Assembly: GCA_947460345.1 (NCBI GenBank)
Contig: CANHGM010000006.1
Location: 30,456-94,455 of the forward strand
DNA length: 64,000 nucleotides
Origin: Bacteroidota bacterium
Lineage (GTDB): Bacteria > Bacteroidota > Bacteroidia > UKL13-3
Reading direction: 5' to 3'
The notes beneath the pieces were generated by a model. The model saw only the letters and a list, made by a program, of their open reading frames with translations. It searched no databases and was not told the DNA's origin. Positions 17,918 through 27,160 of the stretch are shown here, one piece after another; position 1 is the first letter of the stretch, and every line of letters starts with the position of its first letter. The position numbers were made by a program, and so were the translations under genes.

Positions 17918-18977
17918 TTTTATCTTTTTTTGCTATTCCTTCAAAATATTTATCTAATAATCTTGACACTGCAAAGTTATTAAGTAAATGAAATGAAGTT
18001 TCAAATATACCATTTTTGTTTAAAATAAAATCTTTTTTCACATCTATTTGCCAAAAAGTTGCATGTATTTCTCTATGTGTAAGTTTATGAACCATAGTTT
18101 TTTGGGAAACAATATTGTATGATTTTTTTTTGAATAATTCTATAAAATCTAATCTGTTTTGAAGTTCATGTAGTTCGATTTTAGATTCAGTTTCAATATA
18201 AGGTAAATCATATAAATTTTTCCATATATCTTGATTGACACGTTGGTGAAGCCAAATCCGTTGTTCATCTGAAATATATAAATAATTTATATATCTTTTC
18301 TGTACTGGCTTTTTTGCTGTTTTAAAAGGCAACACAGATACCGTATTTTGTATAAGAGCTAGGCACTCTTTATTAAGTGGACAAGTTGCACACAATGGAG
18401 AAGTAGGCTTACAGTGTAAAGCACCAAATTCCATAATAGCTTGATTAAAGTCTGAAGCATGTTTACTGGGTAACAGGTCAGAAGCAATCTGAGTAAAAAT
18501 TGATTTTGCTTGGTGCGAATTAATAGGTTCATGTATATTAAATAGCCTAGAAAGCACTCTATATACATTACCATCTAATACTGCATGTGGCAAGTTAAAA
18601 GCAAAAGATGCAATAGCAGCAGCTGTATATGTTCCTACTCCTTTTAGTTTTAAAAGCTTTTCGTAATTGTTCGGAAATTGACCGTCATAAACATCTAAAA
18701 TTTGTTTAGCAGATTCATGCATGTTTCTTGCTCTGCTATAATAGCCTAGCCCTTGCCAAAGTTTTAATATTTCATCTTGGGAAGCGATGGCCATACTTTT
18801 TACTGTAGGATATTTTTCAATAAATTTATTATAATAAGGCAAGCCTTGTTCAACTCTAGTTTGTTGTAAAATTACTTCACTTAGCCATATTTTGTATGGG
18901 TCAACTGTGTCTCTCCATGGTAATGTTCGTTTATTTGTATGATACCACGAAATCAATTTTTTAGAAAAAGGATGCAT
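17910..18977 (-). CDS. mutY: A/G-specific adenine DNA glycosylase
   Basis: 355 aa. HhH-GPD region (LKGVGTYTAAAIASFAF), 4Fe-4S loop CKPTSPLCATCPLNKEC, NUDIX-like C-domain. Confidence 0.85.
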   Translation of the reverse strand: MHPFSKKLISWYHTNKRTLPWRDTVDPYKIWLSEVILQQTRVEQGLPYYNKFIEKYPTVKSMAIASQDEILKLWQGLGYYSRARNMHESAKQILDVYDGQFPNNYEKLLKLKGVGTYTAAAIASFAFNLPHAVLDGNVYRVLSRLFNIHEPINSHQAKSIFTQIASDLLPSKHASDFNQAIMEFGALHCKPTSPLCATCPLNKECLALIQNTVSVLPFKTAKKPVQKRYINYLYISDEQRIWLHQRVNQDIWKNLYDLPYIETESKIELHELQNRLDFIELFKKKSYNIVSQKTMVHKLTHREIHATFWQIDVKKDFILNKNGIFETSFHLLNNFAVSRLLDKYFEGIAKKDKNE

Positions 18978-18982
18978 TTATT

Positions 18983-20827
18983 TTATGCTAATTTCTGAAG
19001 TTCGTTTAACTGTTTATAAATCCCTTGAACATTTATAAGCTCATCATGGGTGCCTGTTTGAGAGATTCTTCCTTTATCTAATACTATTATCATATCTGCA
19101 TTTTGAACTGTACTTAACCTATGAGCAATAACTAATGAAGTTCTGTTTTTCATTAAGTTATATAAGGCTTCTTGTACTACCTTTTCACTTTCGGTATCTA
19201 ATGCACTTGTAGCTTCATCTAATATTAGAATTGGAGGATTTTTGAATACAGCTCGGGCAATTGACAATCTCTGTCTTTGTCCCCCACTTAACTTGCTACC
19301 TCTATCGCCAATATTGGTATTATATCCATTTTCTAACTCCATAATAAATTGATGGGCATTTGCAATTTTTGCAGCTTCTTCAACTTGAGCTAACGTGGCG
19401 TTTTGCATACCAAAAGCTATATTATTAAATACACTGTCATTAAACAATATAGACTCTTGCGATACTACTCCCATCAGCTTTCTTACATCAGCAATTTTAG
19501 CTTCCTTAATGTCAATTCCATCTATAGTTATATTTCCTGAACTTGGGTCGTAGTATCGAGGCAACATATCTGCTAACGTAGTTTTACCTGAACCAGAATG
19601 CCCAACCAGAGCAATCATTTTTCCTTTAGGTATCATAAGGTCTATGTTTTTTAATACATGGCCATCGTCGCCTTTTGTATATGCAAATGATACTTGATTA
19701 AATCTAATCTCATGAGTAAAATCATAAATAGGTACCGCATTTTTTTGTTCAACTATTACCTCGGCTTCATCTAGTATATTAAAAACCCTGTTGCCTGATA
19801 CCAAACCTCTTTGTATAGCAGCAAATGCATTACTTATATTTTTTGCGGGAGTTAAAATATTCACAAAGCATACTATATAAGTGATAAACATGGCAGGTTT
19901 TAAATCGCTTTTGTCTTCAAGCAACATTGGACCTACATATAAAATAATCAAAACAATCACTGTATATGCTATAAACTCAGTAAGAGGACTTGCAGTGTCA
20001 CGTTTATATATCATACTTTTAAAAACTTTATTGTATGAATTGTTTTGTTCATCAAATTTTCCTTGTATATAATTTTGAGCATTAAATGCTTTGATAACTC
20101 TAACGCCTGAAATGGTTTCCTCTGCTATAGAAAGCATATTACCTAAAATTTGCTGACTATTGGTTGAATCCTTTTTAAGTCGTTTAGAAATTTGTGCAAT
20201 TAATAACCCCGTTATAGGAAGAATAATCAAGCTAAATAATGTTAAACTTACTGAATAATAAAACAAAATTCCAAAGTAGAATATAATGATAACGGGATCT
20301 TTGAAAAGTGTTTGTAAAGAAGCTACCACACTGTCTTCAATAGATTGAAGGTCATTAGATATTACAGACATCAAATCACCTTTTCTTTGACCTGTAAAAT
20401 ATCCTAAGTCTAATTCAGTGATTTTATTATATATATTTTGACGTAAATTTTTGACAATACTGGTTCTAATCATTATCATCATTCTTTGAGATAAGTATCT
20501 AAAAATATTAGATAACAACACAGCACAAAGAACCAAACCACACACAAAATATAAAGTACCTAAACTTCCATATTCCAATAAAATTTTATTGAAAAAATAG
20601 TTAAAGTTATCAATGATATAGTTTAACAAACCCTTGTTAAATAAGGGATCAGCCATTACTACAGGTTTAGTTTGACTGAAAATAACATTTAACAAAGGGA
20701 CCAACAATGTCACATTCATCAATCCGAAAATTATAGACAACAGTATAAAAATTATATACCAAGGAATATATTTTCTGGTTTGCTTTCCAAAAGATAAAAT
20801 TCTAAAAAAAGTTTGATAACCGTTCAA
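18983..20827 (-). CDS. ABC exporter, fused permease/ATPase (MsbA-like)
   Basis: 614 aa. 6-TM domain plus NBD with Walker A GHSGSGKTT, LSGGQRQR, ILILDEATS, AHRLST. TTG start 13 nt after the lpdA stop. Confidence 0.9.
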   Translation of the reverse strand: MNGYQTFFRILSFGKQTRKYIPWYIIFILLSIIFGLMNVTLLVPLLNVIFSQTKPVVMADPLFNKGLLNYIIDNFNYFFNKILLEYGSLGTLYFVCGLVLCAVLLSNIFRYLSQRMMIMIRTSIVKNLRQNIYNKITELDLGYFTGQRKGDLMSVISNDLQSIEDSVVASLQTLFKDPVIIIFYFGILFYYSVSLTLFSLIILPITGLLIAQISKRLKKDSTNSQQILGNMLSIAEETISGVRVIKAFNAQNYIQGKFDEQNNSYNKVFKSMIYKRDTASPLTEFIAYTVIVLIILYVGPMLLEDKSDLKPAMFITYIVCFVNILTPAKNISNAFAAIQRGLVSGNRVFNILDEAEVIVEQKNAVPIYDFTHEIRFNQVSFAYTKGDDGHVLKNIDLMIPKGKMIALVGHSGSGKTTLADMLPRYYDPSSGNITIDGIDIKEAKIADVRKLMGVVSQESILFNDSVFNNIAFGMQNATLAQVEEAAKIANAHQFIMELENGYNTNIGDRGSKLSGGQRQRLSIARAVFKNPPILILDEATSALDTESEKVVQEALYNLMKNRTSLVIAHRLSTVQNADMIIVLDKGRISQTGTHDELINVQGIYKQLNELQKLA

Positions 20828-20840
20828 AAGTTATATATAA

Positions 20841-22241
20841 TTATATATGTAATGCCCTGTTAGAAGTTGCCGCTAAACAAGCTTCTTTCATCACTTCAGT
20901 AAATGTTGGATGTGCATGGCTCATTCTGGCAATATCTTCGGCACTGGCTCTAAATTCCATTGCTACAACAGCTTCAGCAATCATGTCAGCAGCTCTTGCA
21001 CCTATCATATGTACACCTAAAATTTCATCTGTTTGGGCATCAGCCAATACTTTTACAAAGCCATCGGTATCCATTGAGGCTCTAGCCCTTCCATTTGCTT
21101 TATATGGGAAGGAACCCACTTTGTATTTTTTGCCTTCTGTTTTCAATTCTTCTTCAGTATAACCCACACCTGCAACTTCAGGCCAAGTATATACAACACC
21201 TGGTATAAGTTTATAATTGATATGTGGTTTTTGACCTGCTAAAGTTTCAGCAACATATACGCCTTCTTCTTCAGCTTTATGAGCTAACATAGCACCTCTC
21301 ACTACATCACCTATAGCATATATATTTTTAACTGAAGTTTGTAAATGATCATTTACTGCCACTCTTCCTCTTTCATCTAAAGACAATCCTACTTTATCTA
21401 AACCCAGCCCGTCAGTAAAAGGTTTTCTTCCAACAGATACCAGACAATAGTCACCTTTAAATTCAATCATCTTACCTTCAGTATTTTCAACAGTTACAAT
21501 GGTTTCCTTACCTTTGGTTACAGCTGTTTTAACTTTATGATCAAAGAAAAATTCAAAACCTTGTTTAGTCAATACTTTTTGAAGTTCTTTTCCTAATGCT
21601 CTATCCATAGTAGGAATCAATGCATCTGTATATTCAATTACTTGAACTTTAGCACCTAGTCTAGCATATACCGAACCTAATTCTAAACCAATAACACCAC
21701 CCCCAATAATTATTAAATTCTTGGGAACTTCTTTCATATTTAATGCTTCGGTGCTGGTAATTACTCTTTTTTTATCTATCTCAATACCTGGTATGCTTGA
21801 TGGTTTTGAACCAGTAGCAATAATGGTATATGTTGCTTCAATTTGTTTCTCTTCTTTTTCAGCTTTAATATTGATGTGGGTTGCATCTATAAATGAGCCT
21901 AATCCAGTATATACATCCACTTTGTTTTTTTTCATTAAATACTGAATCCCATCAACATTGGCTTTTACTACTTCACCTTTTCTAGCAATCATTTGAGCTA
22001 AGTTTAACTTTATACTGCCCAATTCAATACCATGAGTAATAAATGTATGTGTTGCGTTGCTATAATGCTCACTTGAGTCTAACAATGCTTTTGAAGGAAT
22101 ACAACCTACATTTAAACATGTTCCTCCCAATGTGCTATATTTTTCAATAATAGCTACTTTCATTCCTAATTGGGCACAGCGTATAGCTGATACATATCCA
22201 CCTGGGCCACTACCTATAATTGCCACGTCATATTTATTCAT
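20841..22241 (-). CDS. lpdA: dihydrolipoyl dehydrogenase
   Basis: 466 aa. FAD motif GSGPGGY, redox disulfide GGTCLNVGCIPSK, C-terminal HAHPT. Confidence 0.9.
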   Translation of the reverse strand: MNKYDVAIIGSGPGGYVSAIRCAQLGMKVAIIEKYSTLGGTCLNVGCIPSKALLDSSEHYSNATHTFITHGIELGSIKLNLAQMIARKGEVVKANVDGIQYLMKKNKVDVYTGLGSFIDATHINIKAEKEEKQIEATYTIIATGSKPSSIPGIEIDKKRVITSTEALNMKEVPKNLIIIGGGVIGLELGSVYARLGAKVQVIEYTDALIPTMDRALGKELQKVLTKQGFEFFFDHKVKTAVTKGKETIVTVENTEGKMIEFKGDYCLVSVGRKPFTDGLGLDKVGLSLDERGRVAVNDHLQTSVKNIYAIGDVVRGAMLAHKAEEEGVYVAETLAGQKPHINYKLIPGVVYTWPEVAGVGYTEEELKTEGKKYKVGSFPYKANGRARASMDTDGFVKVLADAQTDEILGVHMIGARAADMIAEAVVAMEFRASAEDIARMSHAHPTFTEVMKEACLAATSNRALHI

Positions 22242-22264
22242 ATTTCTAAAAGTTAAATGAATGG

Positions 22265-22272
22265 CAAAGATA
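22265..22272 (-). promoter_or_regulatory. putative -7 box for the lpdA-led co-directional gene array
   Basis: Plus strand CAAAGATA, which is TATCTTTG on the minus strand. It lies 23 nt upstream of the ATG at 22241. Confidence 0.45.
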
Positions 22273-22334
22273 AAGATACTAAGTTTTATATGGGATGAAA
22301 AAAATGGTCATATTTATAATATCTTGCACCGCTT

Positions 22335-23207
22335 TTGAATAAAAACACAAATTTTTGGCACTATATCCACTTACATTTTATTGTATTAATTTGGGGATTT
22401 ACGGGCATTTTAGGCAAACTAATTTCACTTGATACACTTCAATTAGTTTGGTATAGATTGCTTATAGCTTCTGTTGTACTTTTTTTTATTGTATCTATTA
22501 AGAAAATAAATCTTCAAAGAATATATACAAAATCATATATGCTGATGGGGTTAGTGGTTGCTGCTCATTGGCTTTGTTTTTATGGGGCTATCAAAGTGTC
22601 TAATGTGTCAGTGGCTCTGAGTGCTTTTTCTTGTACTGCTTTTTTTACTGCATTTTTAGAACCCATTATTTTTAAAAGAAAAATTAGCTGGAGAGAAATA
22701 TTACCAGGCATCTTAGTGATTATTGGTATGTATATAATTTTTAATGCAGATATTAAAAATATATGGGGAGTTGTTTTGGGTATGTTAGCCGCTTTTACCG
22801 CTAGTTTTTTTAGTACTTTTAACGGACTTTGGGCTAAACGCACACCAAGTATTGAAATAACTTTTTTTGAATTATTAGGTGCTCTTATTGGCTTAACTTT
22901 TTTTATTTTATTAAGTCCGAATGCACTGTTTCCAAACTTTGATATAAGTGCTCATGATTGGCTATGGCTATTATTGTTAAGTATTGTTTGCACAGTATAT
23001 CCATTTGTAGCTAGTATAGGATTGATGAGACATTTTAAGCCTTTTGTAGTAAGTTTAACTGTAAATCTAGAGCCTATATATACTATAATATTAGCGATAC
23101 TTATATTTAAAAATTCAGAGTATATGTCTACACGATTTTATATTGGATCAGCTATCACCTTGATATCTGTTTCATTATATCCCTTTTTAAAAGAAAAGAA
23201 AAATTAA
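22335..23207 (+). CDS. EamA/DMT family transporter
   Basis: 290 aa, about 10 TM segments in two repeated halves. N-terminus HFIVLIWGFTGILGK is typical of EamA. TTG start; start uncertain. Confidence 0.6.
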   Translation: MNKNTNFWHYIHLHFIVLIWGFTGILGKLISLDTLQLVWYRLLIASVVLFFIVSIKKINLQRIYTKSYMLMGLVVAAHWLCFYGAIKVSNVSVALSAFSCTAFFTAFLEPIIFKRKISWREILPGILVIIGMYIIFNADIKNIWGVVLGMLAAFTASFFSTFNGLWAKRTPSIEITFFELLGALIGLTFFILLSPNALFPNFDISAHDWLWLLLLSIVCTVYPFVASIGLMRHFKPFVVSLTVNLEPIYTIILAILIFKNSEYMSTRFYIGSAITLISVSLYPFLKEKKN

Positions 23208-24493
23208 TCAATCATATTCACCAGCTCGTTCACCCTATTGCTATCTAGTTTTAATAAGATAAATAGCATGATTGAAAAGCTTATCATGGATGAACCACCA
23301 TAACTAAAAAAAGGAAGTGGAATTCCAATAACGGGTAAAAGCCCGATGGTCATTCCAATATTTATGGTAAAATGAAAAAAGAAAATAGAGGCTATAGAGT
23401 AAGCATATATTCTATTGAATTTGTTTCGCTGCCGCTCTGCTACTGCTACCATACGCATCAAAAACCACATAAAACCACCCACTACAAACAACGACCCTAA
23501 AAAGCCCCACTCTTCGCCTACTGTACAAAAAATAAAGTCTGTGCTTTGCTCAGGTACAAAGTTAAATTTGGTTTGTGTGCCTTGTAAAAAACCTTTACCC
23601 GAAAACCCTCCTGAACCAATGGCAATTTTACTTTGATGTACATTATAACCAGCTCCTTTTAAATCTACTTTTCGTCCAAAAAGCACCATAATACGCTCTT
23701 GTTGGTGCGATTGTAAATGATCAAATGCAATATTTGCTAACGATGATGAAGCACAAACAATTCCCCAGGTAATGAGAGTAAAATATATAATGGTGTATTG
23801 CCTTCTAAATATAATAAAAAACATGACTATAATAATAGTAGCTATTATACTTGCTATAGTCAACACCCATACTAAAGGGGCCAATAAACCCATAATTGCT
23901 GAAAAAATTGCCACTATACCAAAAACTAATAAATATCCAGGAAGACCTTCTCTAAACAAAACTAAAATAAATGATAAATACACCAATGCCGAGCCTGTAT
24001 CGTTTTGTAACAAAGTAATTAAAAAAGGAACACCAACAATAGCCCCACTTATAATTTGTGTTCTGCGTTCGCTAAACTTTACATCATATCCACTTAAAAA
24101 CTTAGCTAACGTGAGTGCTGTAGCAAATTTCCCAAACTCTGAAGGTTGAAACCTAAAACTACCTAACTGAAACCAGGAGTGTGCTCCTTTAACCTCAGGA
24201 CTTACAAAAATCACTAATACACAAAGAGCTAGTGTAATTCCATATATTATATAAGCAAAAGCTGGCCAAAGTTCATAATCACTAAGAAGAATAATTAAAC
24301 CTATAGCTACAGCAACACATATATACATGAGTTGTTTACCATGGCTCACTTTAAAATCAAGCAATTTGCTATGTTCTGGACTATAAATAGCCGAATAAAT
24401 ACAGGTTAAACCAGCAGCACAAAAAATTAAATAAGTAATTAACAAAGGCCAATCAAGGCCGTTTGTAGGTATGTCTGCTTCTTTAGATTGCAT
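23204..24493 (-). CDS. rodA: SEDS family peptidoglycan glycosyltransferase (RodA/FtsW-like)
   Basis: 429 aa polytopic protein. SEDS motifs GAHSWFQLGSFRFQPSEFGK, PEQSTDFIF, LPFFSYGGSS. Confidence 0.65.
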   Translation of the reverse strand: MQSKEADIPTNGLDWPLLITYLIFCAAGLTCIYSAIYSPEHSKLLDFKVSHGKQLMYICVAVAIGLIILLSDYELWPAFAYIIYGITLALCVLVIFVSPEVKGAHSWFQLGSFRFQPSEFGKFATALTLAKFLSGYDVKFSERRTQIISGAIVGVPFLITLLQNDTGSALVYLSFILVLFREGLPGYLLVFGIVAIFSAIMGLLAPLVWVLTIASIIATIIIVMFFIIFRRQYTIIYFTLITWGIVCASSSLANIAFDHLQSHQQERIMVLFGRKVDLKGAGYNVHQSKIAIGSGGFSGKGFLQGTQTKFNFVPEQSTDFIFCTVGEEWGFLGSLFVVGGFMWFLMRMVAVAERQRNKFNRIYAYSIASIFFFHFTINIGMTIGLLPVIGIPLPFFSYGGSSMISFSIMLFILLKLDSNRVNELVNMID

Positions 24494-24522
24494 AAAATAT
24501 ATAAACTATATTGTATACTTTT

Positions 24523-25473
24523 TTAAGCTTCAGTATAAGCACCCATTGCCGAAAATTTCTCTATCCTCTTTTCAATCAATTTATCAGATGGAAGTTTTTT
24601 TAGTTCGGCTAGATTTTTTAATAGCACTGATTTCAAAGTTTCATACATTTGATTAGGGTTAGTATGAGCACCGCCTAATGGTTCTTTAACTATACCATCA
24701 ATAAGTTTATTCTCAAGCATATCATTAGCTGTGAGTTTTAAGCATTCTGCAGCTTTTTCTTTAAAATCCCAACTTCTCCATAAAATAGAAGAGCAAGACT
24801 CTGGAGAAATAACAGAGTACCAAGTATTTTCAAGCATTAAAACTTTATCACCTATGCCTATACCCAGTGCACCACCTGAAGCACCTTCACCTATAATAAC
24901 ACAAATAACAGGAACTGTAAGCACAGCCATTTCGAGTAAATTCTTAGCAATAGCTTCTCCTTGTCCTCTTTCTTCAGCTTCTAATCCGGGTGAAGCACCT
25001 GGAGTGTCAATTAAAGTAATAATAGGAATATTGAATTTTTCAGCAAGCTTCATCAACCTTAGTGCTTTTCTATACCCTTCAGGATTAGGCATACCAAAAT
25101 TTCTGTATTGACGCATTTTGGTATTTCTGCCTTTTTGTTGGCCAATAACCATAACAGTTTGTCCATCGATAGATGCAAAACCACCTATAATAGCTTTATC
25201 ATCTTTTACATTTCTATCGCCGTGTTGTTCAATAAAACCTTGAGTTATATTTTCGATATAATCTAAAGAATAAGGTCTTTCAGGATGTCTGCTCATTTGA
25301 ACTCTTTGCCATCCATTTAAGTTTTCATATACTTGGTGGCGAGTTTGCTCTAGTTTGGTTTCTAATTCAGCAATAGCTGCTGTCATATCAACTTTGCCTT
25401 TTTCAGCAATTTTTCTCGCATTTTCTATTTGTTCTTGTATCTCAGTAATCGGTTTTTCAAAATCGAATGCCAT
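24523..25473 (-). CDS. accA: acetyl-CoA carboxylase carboxyltransferase alpha subunit
   Basis: Motifs [34 protein letters not shown]. Start moved from the track TTG (25497, inside the -7 box) to the ATG at 25473 (MAFDFEKPI..). Confidence 0.9.
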   Translation of the reverse strand: MAFDFEKPITEIQEQIENARKIAEKGKVDMTAAIAELETKLEQTRHQVYENLNGWQRVQMSRHPERPYSLDYIENITQGFIEQHGDRNVKDDKAIIGGFASIDGQTVMVIGQQKGRNTKMRQYRNFGMPNPEGYRKALRLMKLAEKFNIPIITLIDTPGASPGLEAEERGQGEAIAKNLLEMAVLTVPVICVIIGEGASGGALGIGIGDKVLMLENTWYSVISPESCSSILWRSWDFKEKAAECLKLTANDMLENKLIDGIVKEPLGGAHTNPNQMYETLKSVLLKNLAELKKLPSDKLIEKRIEKFSAMGAYTEA

Positions 25474-25494
25474 GTTTGTCTTTTTTTTGAGTTG

Positions 25495-25502
25495 CAAAAA
25501 TA
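25495..25502 (-). promoter_or_regulatory. putative -7 box for accA
   Basis: Plus strand CAAAAATA, which is TATTTTTG on the minus strand. It lies 21 nt upstream of the ATG at 25473. Its TTG is what the ORF caller used as a start. Confidence 0.5.
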
Positions 25503-25512
25503 CACTTTTAAG

Positions 25513-25546
25513 TCATAAAGAAAAGGTTCATTTTATATCGAACCTT
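25513..25546 (-). terminator. terminator-like hairpin at the 3' end of the TPR gene
   Basis: 7-bp stem AAGGTTC (25523..25529) / GAACCTT (25540..25546) with a 10-nt loop containing the TPR stop codon. Followed on the minus strand by TTCTTTAT. Confidence 0.4.
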
Positions 25547-26954
25547 CATTTGTTTCTTTAATCATTTTTATCAGCCATTTTTCTAATTTAGGTTCTTCAA
25601 TAACTTCTTCATGTGTTGAAGAGAGTAATTCTATATTCATGGGCTCGGTGTTATATGCTTGAATAAAAAATTCTTGAGCTTGAGTCATTTGGTTTTTTAA
25701 AAAGCTATAAATTGCTGATTTGTAAATAAAATCAACCTCGTCAGGATTGTTTTTAAAACCTTCAATTAATAAGTCTAAAGCTAATTGATGTTTGTTTAAA
25801 TTAAAATAAGAAGATGCCAAGGCCAATCTACTTCCTGCAAAGTCGGGATCGAAATGTATGGCTTTTTTTAAGTAACTTATTGACTCTTCAAATTTTAATA
25901 GCTCAACTTTTAAATTGCCTAATGAATATAAAAACTCAGCATTTTCAGGTTCATTTTGAAGTGCTTTAGCATAGCAAAATTCGGCTTCTTCAAATGTGTC
26001 ATATGCTTCAGCTATTAAGCCAAGTCCAAACCATGGTTCGCCACTTTTGTGTAAATTAATATTTTCTGCTTTTCTATATTCTTCAGCAGCTTTATCAAAT
26101 AAATCGAGAGAATAATAGCAATCGCCAATTCTACATAAAGTATTAACATCTTCTCCTTCTAAATCCAAAACTTTTATAAAATCTGAAAGAGATTTTTCAT
26201 AGTTTTCAGATTCAAAATACGTAGTTGCTCTATTAAAATACGCAGATGAAAATGTGTCATCTAAGGCAATGGCAAAGTCAAAAGCTTCAAGGGCTTTGTT
26301 TAAATTGTTTTTAGAAGTATAAGCCAAACCCAAATTAAACCATGCAAAATGTGAAAATGGGTCTAAGTCAAGATATCTATTAAACCATCTGATGGCATCA
26401 TTATATCTGCCACACTCCTGATAGCAATTAGACAATTCATAAATAGCCTGTTCGTTTTCTGGCTCAGATTTTATTATTTTTTCGAAAATTTGAGCAGCTT
26501 TCTCAAACCTCATCGAATTGATATAAATTACTGCTATACCAAAATATATATCATTTTCATCAGATGCTAATGATATAGCCTTTTCACAAAGCTTTTCCAT
26601 GTCATCAAATCGACCTTGTTGTGAGGCAAATTCTGCTTTTAATAAATATATATCTGGGTTATTGGGTTCAATATTAGCTAATTGTTCAATCCATTGTTCG
26701 GCAATATTTAATTCTCCACAAACCAAAGCATAGGTAGCTTTTTTCATGTAAAATGAAGTAGAATATGGATAAATAGTATCAGCATATTCAATAGCTTTTT
26801 TAGCCAATTTTAGTTGGTTGTTGTTTATATAATAATCAATGATACTTTCTAACTGGTCTTCTTCAAAAAACTTCTGGTCTTTTTCTTGAAGCATTTTTTC
26901 AAAATCGTTTGCCCATTGTGCAATTTCTTTTTCATCTTCAAAATCTTCTTTCAT
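25533..26954 (-). CDS. tetratricopeptide (TPR) repeat protein, cytoplasmic
   Basis: 473 aa, about 10 TPR-like 34-aa repeats (A..YY..A..L.P pattern), no signal peptide. Confidence 0.7.
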   Translation of the reverse strand: MKEDFEDEKEIAQWANDFEKMLQEKDQKFFEEDQLESIIDYYINNNQLKLAKKAIEYADTIYPYSTSFYMKKATYALVCGELNIAEQWIEQLANIEPNNPDIYLLKAEFASQQGRFDDMEKLCEKAISLASDENDIYFGIAVIYINSMRFEKAAQIFEKIIKSEPENEQAIYELSNCYQECGRYNDAIRWFNRYLDLDPFSHFAWFNLGLAYTSKNNLNKALEAFDFAIALDDTFSSAYFNRATTYFESENYEKSLSDFIKVLDLEGEDVNTLCRIGDCYYSLDLFDKAAEEYRKAENINLHKSGEPWFGLGLIAEAYDTFEEAEFCYAKALQNEPENAEFLYSLGNLKVELLKFEESISYLKKAIHFDPDFAGSRLALASSYFNLNKHQLALDLLIEGFKNNPDEVDFIYKSAIYSFLKNQMTQAQEFFIQAYNTEPMNIELLSSTHEEVIEEPKLEKWLIKMIKETNEGSI

Positions 26955-27133
26955 CCTAATCTATTTTAGTTAAGCGAAGATAAGTATTTTACACCATAGA
27001 TTTATCTTCAATTATTCAACATTTCAACTTTTAGTTTCTTCACTTCGGTAAATAATTGGTAAACTTTAGTTAATAAGTCTGATAATCTGTAAGTAAAATC
27101 AATAATTCTTTGTGTTTTTGGAGTTTATTGCTT

Positions 27134-27141
27134 TATTTTTG
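27134..27141 (+). promoter_or_regulatory. putative -7 box for porU-porV
   Basis: TATTTTTG, 19 nt upstream of the ATG at 27161. It lies inside the track's N-terminal extension (27110). Confidence 0.5.
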
Positions 27142-27160
27142 CAAATCATCTATCTATCAT

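Noticed and set aside
26977-27009. Inverted repeat GAAGATAA-N17-TTATCTTC in the divergent TPR/porU control region.
   Set aside because: An 8-bp AT-rich stem with a long loop, no flanking T-run and no second copy elsewhere in the window. A possible operator or 5'-UTR element, but not distinguishable from chance.
27110-27160. N-terminal 17-codon extension of the porU ORF in the track (MCFWSLLLYFCKSSIYH).
   Set aside because: It begins at a non-ATG codon and contains a perfect TATTTTTG -7 box (27134..27141). The ATG at 27161 gives a canonical signal peptide.
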